Virus record (IMG/VR): IMGVR_UViG_2690316153_000015
Origin: a virus
Taxonomy: Duplodnaviria > Heunggongvirae > Uroviricota > Caudoviricetes
DNA: 37,792 nucleotides
Reading direction: 5' to 3' (one strand)
The translations under genes and the position numbers were made by a program. The notes below the pieces were generated by a model. It saw nothing but the letters and a program-made list of their open reading frames with translations, did no database searches and was not told where the DNA came from. This document shows positions 18,922-26,769 of this stretch, piece after piece (position 1 is the stretch's first letter; each line of letters starts with the position of its first letter).

Positions 18922-19072
18922 CACTCCCACATGGGGAAATCTCGGTATATGGGGCGACCGCCTTCTGGATGCACTGGAAACCTGTAACGCGGATAAACGG
19001 GCCATTGAATTACTGGAACAGCGCAGGCTGCAACGACTGAACAACAAGGACAACAACCATGCTGAAAACTGA
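18752..19072 (+). CDS. Rz1/LysC-like outer-membrane lipoprotein spanin in an overlapping frame
   Basis: Signal peptide with lipobox LLTGC, proline-rich mature part; overlaps the 3' part of the Rz-like ORF in another frame. Confidence 0.6.
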   Translation: MNSYATILQKMNAPTLCLTLVLLTGCAGTQNAPRPAPSVRLIPQTLTIPVTPPPFPDTPTWGNLGIWGDRLLDALETCNADKRAIELLEQRRLQRLNNKDNNHAEN

Positions 19073-19526
19073 TTCCCTGCGTGAAGCCATGACCCGTTCA
19101 TGCCGATGGTGTCAGGCTAACCCGGAAAAATTCACCATTTTCGTGGAGAGCGGCAACATTGAAACGACCGGAGAAACGCCCTCGTTTGTTTACCGCTATC
19201 AGATGGTGATGTTTGTCATGGATTACGCAGGAGAGCTGGACGACCTCACGCTACCGCTGCTGGCGTGGTTATCCGAAAATCAGCCACAGTTGTTGCTCAA
19301 TCCGGAGCGTAATCAGGACATCAAATTTTCCGCCGTTATCAATGACGATGACAGCGCCGATCTCCTGTTTACGCTCCCCCTGCGGGAACGCGTTCGCATC
19401 ACGCGCAACAGTCAGGGCACACCGCAGGCAGAACACCTGCCGGAGCCAAAACCCCGTCTGCCCTCTTCCGAAGGCGACTGGTCGCATGTATTCCAGGATG
19501 TGACGTGGGGTGAAAGCGATGGATAA
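19059..19526 (+). CDS. R: Tail completion protein (P2 gpR-like)
   Basis: 155-aa ORF, synteny after lysis cassette. Confidence 0.7.
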   Translation: MLKTDSLREAMTRSCRWCQANPEKFTIFVESGNIETTGETPSFVYRYQMVMFVMDYAGELDDLTLPLLAWLSENQPQLLLNPERNQDIKFSAVINDDDSADLLFTLPLRERVRITRNSQGTPQAEHLPEPKPRLPSSEGDWSHVFQDVTWGESDG

Positions 19527-20154
19527 GACATTCACCCGCGTGGATGAAACCTTTGAGGCCATCCGCGACAGCCTGAATCAGCAGGCCATCAATAACATCG
19601 CCAGAAAGCTGGCACAGGATTTACGCCGCGCCCAGCAGGCGCGTATCCGGTCACAGAAAGCGCCGGACGGGACCGCGTGGACACCACGCAGACGCCGCGT
19701 AACCCGGATACAGGAACGCATTCGCTTTATCTGGAATAACGAAGCACGCACGCTGAAAAACTGGCATCACGACACGGGGAAATACGGGCGAACCATTACC
19801 GGGTGGGATGAGGATAAAAACAATATCCGCACGTTTTACCGGGATGACATCGACCGCTTTCTGGAAATACGCACCCGGCGCATCAACCAGGACAGCACAA
19901 AGCGCGTCCCCATGTTCGTAAAACTGCGCACCGCCCGCTACCTGAAAGCCCGTGCAGATGCTTCCGGTGTGACGGTGGGTTACAGCGGCGTGGCCGCACG
20001 TATTGCCCGCGTTCATCAGTTCGGTGAGCGCGATCAGGTTGCGCCGGGCATTTTCACCGATTACCCGGTACGTGAGCTGCTGGGTATCAGCCAGGCAGAT
20101 GAGCACCTGATTTATAACACGGTGCTGGGCCGGATTGCGGAGGCTGTACGGTGA
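19510..20154 (+). CDS. S: Tail completion protein (P2 gpS-like)
   Basis: 214-aa ORF, synteny. Confidence 0.7.
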   Translation: MKAMDKTFTRVDETFEAIRDSLNQQAINNIARKLAQDLRRAQQARIRSQKAPDGTAWTPRRRRVTRIQERIRFIWNNEARTLKNWHHDTGKYGRTITGWDEDKNNIRTFYRDDIDRFLEIRTRRINQDSTKRVPMFVKLRTARYLKARADASGVTVGYSGVAARIARVHQFGERDQVAPGIFTDYPVRELLGISQADEHLIYNTVLGRIAEAVR

Positions 20155-20732
20155 GCGCAGAACTCATGCGACTGCTGAGCAATATCATCCGCACCGGGAT
20201 CATCTCTGAAGTTGATGAGAAGTCCTGGCGCGTGCGCGTTCGCAGCGGCGAACTGGAAACAGGCTGGTTGCGCTGGAACACCACGCGCGCGGGAGCCTTC
20301 AATGTGTGGCTGCCGCCATCACCAGGCGAACAGGTGGTAATTGCCTGCATTGGCGGCAACCCGGAAACCGCCATGATAATTGGCAGCCTGTGGAGTGATG
20401 CCAATCCGGCACCCGGCAAAAGCCTGAAAGAAATCGTGATCAGCGCGCCGGACGGCGCGGTGTTCCGCTACGACGCAGACGCTGGCGCACTGAGCGCCAG
20501 CGGCATGAAAACAGCCACCCTGCAGGCATCCGTCAGCGTGACACTGGATACGCCCGTCGTGGAATGCACAAACCTTCTGAGAACAGCGACGCTTGACGTC
20601 ACAAAAGGGGGAAAGATGAGCGGCAATATCACGCACAGCGGCGGCGATTTCACCTCAAACGGCATCACAGTGCATACGCATAAGCACGGTGGCGTTAAAG
20701 GTGGCAGCGATTCGACAGGAGGCCCGCAGTGA
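20151..20732 (+). CDS. V: Baseplate spike/assembly protein (P2 gpV-like)
   Basis: 193-aa ORF with Gly-rich C-terminus; synteny. Confidence 0.75.
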   Translation: MSAELMRLLSNIIRTGIISEVDEKSWRVRVRSGELETGWLRWNTTRAGAFNVWLPPSPGEQVVIACIGGNPETAMIIGSLWSDANPAPGKSLKEIVISAPDGAVFRYDADAGALSASGMKTATLQASVSVTLDTPVVECTNLLRTATLDVTKGGKMSGNITHSGGDFTSNGITVHTHKHGGVKGGSDSTGGPQ

Positions 20733-21079
20733 CAACCCGCTACACAGGAATGAACCCGGACGGAACGGGAAACCTGAACGATATGGAGCACCTGAAACAG
20801 TCAGTCAGGGACATCCTGACCACCCCGCTGGCCAGCCGGGTTATGCGACGGGAATATGGCAGCCTTGTGCCTGATTTGATTGACGAACCCATGAATAACA
20901 CCACGCGTCTGCAATGCATGAGTGCTGCCGTGATTGCGCTGACACGATGGGAACCCCGCATTGCCCTGGACGCCATCGACGTTGTCTGGAAGGCAGGAGG
21001 CCGCGCCGGGGTGACGCTGTCGGGCACTGTCATGCAGACCATGCAGAATGTTGAATTAACCATCACGCTGAGAGAGTAA
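20729..21079 (+). CDS. W: Baseplate wedge protein (P2 gpW-like, gp25 family)
   Basis: 116-aa ORF, translationally coupled to V and J; synteny. Confidence 0.75.
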   Translation: MTTRYTGMNPDGTGNLNDMEHLKQSVRDILTTPLASRVMRREYGSLVPDLIDEPMNNTTRLQCMSAAVIALTRWEPRIALDAIDVVWKAGGRAGVTLSGTVMQTMQNVELTITLRE

Positions 21080-21082
21080 ATC

Positions 21083-21979
21083 ATGCCTGCTGTTGACCTT
21101 TCCCAGTTACCGGAACCCGCCATCATCGCGGAGCCTGATTTTGAGGCAATTCTGGCTGACACAAAGGCCATGATGATTGCGTCCTATCCTGCCGAACAGC
21201 GTGAAGCCGTCTCCGCCGCGCTGGAGCTGGAGTCGGAACCCCTGAACGTTATCGCTCAAACCATGTCGTTTCGTGAAATGCTGTTACGCCAGCGGGTTAA
21301 CGAGGGCGCACGCGCCTGCATGTTAAGCCACGGTTCAGGGACAAACCTGGACAACCTCGCGGGCAATATGAACACAAAGCGCCTGGTTATCACTCCGGCA
21401 ACGGATACCACCGACGCGGTGATGGAGAGCGACACCTCGCTGAGATTGCGGGCGCAACGGGCGTATGACGGCCTGAGTGTTGCTGGCCCGTCAGGTGCAT
21501 ACGAGTATTTTGCACGCAGCGCCAGCGGTCTGGTGCGTGATGCGCGGGCCATCAGCCCGTCTCCGGCCTGTGTGACGGTTTCCATCCTGTCCACTGAAGG
21601 CGACGGCACAGCAACGGAGGCGTTGCTTAATACCGTTCGCGCCGTTCTGAATGCAGAGGATACCCGCCCGGTGGCCGACCGCCTGACCGTACAGAGCGCC
21701 AGAATCGTGACATGGCGGCTGAATGCAAAACTGTACTTTTACCCCGGCCCGGAATCCGAACCTATTCTGGCCGCGGCTGAATCGTCGTTCAGGAAGTGGC
21801 TGGCTGAGCAGGGGCTTATCGGTCAGGACGTGGCGTTGTCCGCCATTGCTGCCGCACTGCATGTGCACGGTGTGCAACGCGTGGAGATAATCGAACCCAC
21901 ACAGAATATGGCCATCAGCGACATACAGGCGGCGCGCTGTGAGTCATTCACCATCAGCGAAGGTGGACGCAATGAGTAA
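21083..21979 (+). CDS. J: Baseplate protein (P2 gpJ-like)
   Basis: 298-aa ORF; synteny. Confidence 0.8.
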   Translation: MPAVDLSQLPEPAIIAEPDFEAILADTKAMMIASYPAEQREAVSAALELESEPLNVIAQTMSFREMLLRQRVNEGARACMLSHGSGTNLDNLAGNMNTKRLVITPATDTTDAVMESDTSLRLRAQRAYDGLSVAGPSGAYEYFARSASGLVRDARAISPSPACVTVSILSTEGDGTATEALLNTVRAVLNAEDTRPVADRLTVQSARIVTWRLNAKLYFYPGPESEPILAAAESSFRKWLAEQGLIGQDVALSAIAAALHVHGVQRVEIIEPTQNMAISDIQAARCESFTISEGGRNE

Positions 21980-22580
21980 TTCGTTGTTACCACCATCAGC
22001 CAGCAATTTCATGCGTTGTGCCGAAGCCGTCGGAACACGCATTACAGACATTCCGGTAGACCTCAACACACTGTGGTCGCCGGACACCTGCCCGGTGCAT
22101 CTGCTGCCTTATCTCGCCTGGGCGTTTTCCGTTGACCGCTGGGATCGCAACTGGCCGGAAGAGACAAAGCGACAGGTGATTCGTGATGCATGGCTGATAC
22201 ACCGACACAAAGGGACCATCAGCGCACTGCGAAGAGCCGTGGAGCCTCTCGGCTACCTGATTGAAGTAAAGGAGTGGTGGCAACTCAACGAGGAGCCGGG
22301 AACATTTCGCATTGTTGTCGGAGTACTTGATCAGGGCATCACCGATGAAATGTATCAGGAACTTGAGCGCCTTATTGCGGATGCAAAACCAGTAAGTCGC
22401 CATCTGACGGGGCTGGCGATCAGCCTGAGTGTGAACGGAAAGATTTTCGTTGGTACGGGATGCTATCACGGCGATGCCCTGACGGTTTATCCCTACACCC
22501 CGGAGTCCATTATTGTCGAAGGGGATTATTTCCCTGCCCCAGCCATTCATTTAATTGATAATCTGAGAGTAAACGCATGA
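21972..22580 (+). CDS. I: Baseplate / tail-fiber attachment protein (P2 gpI-like)
   Basis: Start MSNSLLPPS at 21972 overlapping J stop; synteny. Confidence 0.75.
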   Translation: MSNSLLPPSASNFMRCAEAVGTRITDIPVDLNTLWSPDTCPVHLLPYLAWAFSVDRWDRNWPEETKRQVIRDAWLIHRHKGTISALRRAVEPLGYLIEVKEWWQLNEEPGTFRIVVGVLDQGITDEMYQELERLIADAKPVSRHLTGLAISLSVNGKIFVGTGCYHGDALTVYPYTPESIIVEGDYFPAPAIHLIDNLRVNA

Positions 22581-24217
22581 CAGTGAAATACTACGCCATT
22601 CTGACTAATCAGGGCGCGGCACGACTGGCTAACGCGACGATGCTCGGCAGTAAGCTGAATCTGACGCAAATGGCCGTTGGTGATGCAAATGGTGTGTTAC
22701 CAACACCAGACCCTGCACAAACAAAACTGATTAACCAGAAACGCATTGCACCGCTGAATCTTCTGAGTGTTGACCCTAACAATCAGAGCCAGATTATTGC
22801 GGAGCAAATCATCCCTGAAAACGAGGGAGGATTCTGGATCCGTGAGATTGGTCTTTATGATGATGAAGGTGTACTCATTGCGGTGGCAAACTGCCCGGAA
22901 ACGTACAAACCGCAGTTGCAGGAAGGCAGTGGACGCACCCAGACTATCCGCATGATTCTGGTTGTCACGAACACCGAAGCCATCACGCTGAAAATCGACC
23001 CGTCTGTGGTTCTGGCAACCCGCAAATATGTGGATGATAAAATATCAGAGCACGAACAGTCACGACGTCACCCGGACGCCTCGCTGACCGTAAAAGGTTT
23101 TACTCAGTTAAGCAGTGCAATTAACAGTGAATCAGAAACACTGGCCGCAACACCGAAAGCGGTTAAGGCTGCATATGACCTGGCTAACGAGAAATATACC
23201 GCCCAGAACGCCACCACTACACAAAAAGGGATTGTTCAGCTCAGTAGCGCCACGAACAGCACGTCTGAAACACTGGCAGCGACACCAAAAGCTGTTAAGG
23301 CGGTAATGGATGAAACGAACAAGAAAGCACCATTAAACAGCCCGGCACTGACCGGAACGCCAACAACACCAACAGCGCCACAGGGGACTAATAGTACCCA
23401 GATCGCAAGCACGGCTTTCGTTATGGCCGCGATTGCCGCACTTGTAGATTCGTCACCTGATGCACTGAACACGCTGAACGAACTGGCTGCGGCGCTGGGC
23501 AATGACCCGAATTTTGCGACCACCATGACTAACGCGCTTGCGGGTAAGCAACCGAAGGATGCCACCCTGACGGCGCTGGCGGAGCTTGCTACATCAGCAG
23601 ATAAACTCCCATATTTTACAGGGGCAGATCGTGCCGCGTTAACCGCGTTGACAAGTGTTGGACGTGCCATTCTTGGTAAAACCAGCACTCAGGGAGTTCT
23701 TGATTACCTTGGTTTGGGAGAAGGCTCTGCATTACCGGTTGGGGTGCCTGTTCCGTGGCCTTCAGCCACTCCGCCAACAGGCTGGCTGAAATGCAATGGT
23801 GCGGCTTTTTCTGCTGAAGAATACCCGGAACTGGCAAAGGCTTACCCGACCAATAAATTGCCTGATTTACGCGGTGAATTTATTCGTGGCTGGGATGACG
23901 GTCGCGGGATTGATACTGGTCGCGCTTTGCTTAATTGGCAGCCACACACAATTTTGGACCATGCACACTATATGGAATTATGGACAGGGGACGGACTCGC
24001 CGCAGGAAGTGCACGGGAAGGAGTAAACCCAGGAATACTGGCTACATACGGTGACGGGGGAATAGTTAAAACGGACGAACCCGGTCTTAATGTGCCTTCC
24101 TCACTACGAGCTATTAGCTCTCGTAGTGTTAAACGTTATGGTGAAATTAGTGAAAATGTAGGTACAGAAACTCGTCCTCGTAACATCGCTTTTAATTATA
24201 TTGTAAGGGCCGCATGA
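22577..24217 (+). CDS. H: Tail fiber protein (P2 gpH-like); constant N-terminal part fused to the currently expressed variable C-terminal part
   Basis: 546 aa; N-terminus MTVKYYAILTNQGAARLANA; repeated ETLAATPKAVKA motifs; inversion crossover site lies inside the gene at 23697-23722. Confidence 0.85.
   Translation: MTVKYYAILTNQGAARLANATMLGSKLNLTQMAVGDANGVLPTPDPAQTKLINQKRIAPLNLLSVDPNNQSQIIAEQIIPENEGGFWIREIGLYDDEGVLIAVANCPETYKPQLQEGSGRTQTIRMILVVTNTEAITLKIDPSVVLATRKYVDDKISEHEQSRRHPDASLTVKGFTQLSSAINSESETLAATPKAVKAAYDLANEKYTAQNATTTQKGIVQLSSATNSTSETLAATPKAVKAVMDETNKKAPLNSPALTGTPTTPTAPQGTNSTQIASTAFVMAAIAALVDSSPDALNTLNELAAALGNDPNFATTMTNALAGKQPKDATLTALAELATSADKLPYFTGADRAALTALTSVGRAILGKTSTQGVLDYLGLGEGSALPVGVPVPWPSATPPTGWLKCNGAAFSAEEYPELAKAYPTNKLPDLRGEFIRGWDDGRGIDTGRALLNWQPHTILDHAHYMELWTGDGLAAGSAREGVNPGILATYGDGGIVKTDEPGLNVPSSLRAISSRSVKRYGEISENVGTETRPRNIAFNYIVRAA
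23697..23722 (+). repeat. Left inversion crossover site (hix/gix-like 26 bp): TTCTTGATTACCTTGGTTTGGGAGAA
   Basis: Imperfect dyad with central TT; its 12-bp right half is present in inverted orientation at 25562-25573; encodes LDYLGLGE in H. Confidence 0.65.
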
Positions 24218-24819
24218 TGAATAAAGCTGTATTAAATAGCGAACTCATTGCCATAAAAGCGGGAGATATTACCGTTTATAATTATGATGGTGAAACGCGG
24301 GAATATATTTCTACATCAACTGAATATCTCGCTGTCGGCGTCGGTATCCCGGCATGTTCTTGTTTAGATGCACCAGTTACACATAAAGCTGGTTATGCAA
24401 TCTGCCGTTCTGCAGATTTTAACTCATGGGAATATGTACCAGACCATCGCGGTGAAATCATCTATAGCACCGAAACAGGAGAATCGAAAGAAATCACAGC
24501 TCCGGGTGATTATCCTGAAAATACAACCACTATCGCCCCGTTAACGCCATACGATGAATGGGATGGTGAGAAATGGGTGACAGATACTGAGGCACAGCAT
24601 AGCGCCGCAGTAGGCGCGGCAGAAGCACAGCGTCAGTCACTGATTGATACTGCAATGGCTTCCATTAGTCTGATTCAACTGAAATTGCAGGCCGGGCGGA
24701 AGCTGATGCAGACAGAAAACCCCCGACTTAACGCTGTGCTGGATTACATTGACGCGGTGACGGCAACAGATACCAGCACAGCGCCGGACGTCATCTGGCC
24801 TGAACTGCCGGAGGCGTAG
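24214..24819 (+). CDS. G: Tail fiber assembly chaperone (P2 gpG-like), currently expressed orientation
   Basis: 201 aa; C-terminal DTSTAPDVIWPELP motif shared with the convergent gene at 24791-25210. Confidence 0.75.
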   Translation: MMNKAVLNSELIAIKAGDITVYNYDGETREYISTSTEYLAVGVGIPACSCLDAPVTHKAGYAICRSADFNSWEYVPDHRGEIIYSTETGESKEITAPGDYPENTTTIAPLTPYDEWDGEKWVTDTEAQHSAAVGAAEAQRQSLIDTAMASISLIQLKLQAGRKLMQTENPRLNAVLDYIDAVTATDTSTAPDVIWPELPEA

Positions 24820-25210
24820 GCCATTCAATATCTGGCGCACCGGAAGTATCGACCAGTTCCAGTGCGTCCAGATAATCCAGCCACAAATTATATTGCGCCA
24901 GTTCCTCACCTTTCAGGCGACCAATCGCCGCTTTACCTGGCCATTGTCTGCTGTTCATGTGCTCGTTGGCTTCATTAATAAGTTTTCTTTTTTTCAAATC
25001 CGCCAATGCAATAAGGTTTTCTTTTGATAAAGGTGGTTGCTCTGTCAAAACCGGATATCCCTCCTGATTGCTGACTATTTTCATGCCATTATCCTGACCA
25101 TCCAGTAGTAACAGCCATTCATCCGTGGTTATCTCAACAGCATCTGAAGGTGCTTTATTTAAATCGGTAAAAAAACCATTTTCTTTTTGTGAATAGAAGT
25201 ATCTATCCAT
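24791..25210 (-). CDS. Alternative tail fiber assembly chaperone (silent orientation)
   Basis: 139 aa; C-terminus VDTSGAPDIEWPTPP parallels G; converges on G at the segment centre. Confidence 0.7.
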   Translation of the reverse strand: MDRYFYSQKENGFFTDLNKAPSDAVEITTDEWLLLLDGQDNGMKIVSNQEGYPVLTEQPPLSKENLIALADLKKRKLINEANEHMNSRQWPGKAAIGRLKGEELAQYNLWLDYLDALELVDTSGAPDIEWPTPPAVQAR

Positions 25211-25213
25211 TTA

Positions 25214-25587
25214 TTAATCTCCAAAAGCAATCCAGTAAGCAAAAGGATTTATTCCTTGCTCAGTCACAGATGACATCAGGGAAAATTGCGATGGTGAAAC
25301 AGGTAACGCTGCAAAACTAACCATTGTTGACACACCTGACCGTGCATTATCGTACGATGCAACAACACAATAATTGGTATTGCTGAAAGATATCGGCAGG
25401 GTGATATTTACAGGTGAGCCTAATGGCCCTGATGCTGATATTCCCATTTGAATGATGGTTCCATCAGGCAATTTTCTCCAGCGATTAGAACTCGGATTTC
25501 TTTTCCAGGCTGACATATCCGGTATCTGATTTTCTCCTGTGCCCACATCCCTTTTCGCCGCTTCTCCCAAACCAACGTTTAAGAAAA
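25214..25587 (-). CDS. Alternative variable C-terminal tail-fiber exon (promoterless; fused to H constant part after inversion)
   Basis: Reading frame through the right crossover site encodes ...NVGLGE in the same frame as LGLGE at the left site; the track ORF 25214..25615 extends past the site to a fortuitous ATG. Confidence 0.6.
25562..25587 (-). repeat. Right inversion crossover site (hix/gix-like 26 bp): TTCTCCCAAACCAACGTTTAAGAAAA on plus strand
   Basis: First 12 bp are the reverse complement of GGTTTGGGAGAA at the left site; 55 bp upstream of the invertase start. Confidence 0.65.
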
Positions 25588-25642
25588 TGCAGAGATTACG
25601 GCTAACTGGCATCATCCCCGGTTTTTATTCAGGGGATCCATC

Positions 25643-26242
25643 ATGCTTATTGGCTATGTCCGCGTATCAACAAATGACCAGAATACAGAATTGCAGCGTA
25701 ACGCGCTGGAGTGCGCAGGATGTGAACTAATTTTTGAAGATAAAATCAGCGGAACGAAATCAGCCAGACCGGGATTGAAAAAACTGATCAGAACGCTATC
25801 AGAAGGAGATACGCTGGTTGTCTGGAAGCTGGACAGACTGGGCAGAAGTATGAAACACCTGATCACGCTTATTGAGGAATTGCGGGAAAAAGGTGTTAAT
25901 TTCCGTAGTCTGACGGACAGCATTGACACATCAACACCCATGGGGCGTTTCTTTTTTCACGTCATGGGGGCTTTAGCCGAAATGGAACGTGAATTAATTG
26001 TAGAGCGTACACTGGCCGGGCTGGCAGCAGCACGCGCACAAGGACGCATTGGCGGACGTCGCCCGAAGTTGACAAAAGAACAACACGAGCAAATAGCGAG
26101 GTTGATTAAAAACGGTCATGACAGGAAACAACTGGCGATCATTTACGACATCGGCATATCGACGATTTATCGTTATCACCCTGTAGGCGATATACAGGCT
26201 GAAGAAACAACCAGGCAGACTCAGGAAAATGAAAACCGCTAA
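25643..26242 (+). CDS. pin: Serine DNA invertase, Hin/Gin/Cin/Pin family
   Basis: 199 aa; N-terminal MLIGYVRVSTNDQ with catalytic Ser, resolvase core, C-terminal HTH; adjacent to the invertible segment. Confidence 0.9.
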   Translation: MLIGYVRVSTNDQNTELQRNALECAGCELIFEDKISGTKSARPGLKKLIRTLSEGDTLVVWKLDRLGRSMKHLITLIEELREKGVNFRSLTDSIDTSTPMGRFFFHVMGALAEMERELIVERTLAGLAAARAQGRIGGRRPKLTKEQHEQIARLIKNGHDRKQLAIIYDIGISTIYRYHPVGDIQAEETTRQTQENENR

Positions 26243-26268
26243 TCTGACCATTAGCGGTTTTGCGTTAA

Positions 26269-26763
26269 TCAAAACAGCCCTTTAACGGAGCTGGCCGCGC
26301 TGTTAAGGGATGATGTGACCTTATCTTTGAAGCCGGACAGCATATCACTGAACGATGAGGATTGCAGGCGCTCCCGCAAATCCTCATCACAGCGTTCAAG
26401 GGTCAGTGAAAATTCTATCTTTTTCGCCTTACCGTAGCGATCAAACTCGGAACGGGTCGTATTCGTTCCAGTCAGGACATACATGCCGTAAATCTGCCCG
26501 ACGCCATCAATCAAAGGCCAGGGTCGTCCTGTATAAGCCTGCGTGGTCAGCAGCGACAGCGACACTTCGCCACCTGTAATTTCAGGATAAAGCACACCAG
26601 AAAGAACGATGCGATCATCACCTGCACCGATATACTGCCAGCTTGCTGAACGGTTAATGCGTTCATTTTTCACATGCCGCCAGCTTTTGTTTTGCTGTAA
26701 CTGCTGATGCGGCAGCGTGCGCAGCTCAAAAACAAACATGCCGTAGATCATCATCATGGCCAT
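26269..26763 (-). CDS. U: Tail protein (P2 gpU-like)
   Basis: 164-aa ORF downstream of the tape measure on the minus strand; start uncertain among several N-terminal Met. Confidence 0.75.
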   Translation of the reverse strand: MAMMMIYGMFVFELRTLPHQQLQQNKSWRHVKNERINRSASWQYIGAGDDRIVLSGVLYPEITGGEVSLSLLTTQAYTGRPWPLIDGVGQIYGMYVLTGTNTTRSEFDRYGKAKKIEFSLTLERCDEDLRERLQSSSFSDMLSGFKDKVTSSLNSAASSVKGLF

Positions 26764-26769
26764 GACTCC

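Larger units (their letters stand above)
23697..25587. other. Invertible tail-fiber segment (Mu G / P1 C / e14 P-type), about 1.9 kb
   Basis: Bounded by inverted 26-bp hix-like sites; contains two convergent variable-fiber/tail-fiber-assembly gene pairs; serine invertase gene immediately adjacent. Confidence 0.7.

Noticed and set aside
25588-25615. Upstream part of track ORF 25214..25615 including its ATG
   Set aside because: The ATG lies outside the invertible segment beyond the crossover site; the functional unit is the promoterless exon that becomes fused to H after inversion.
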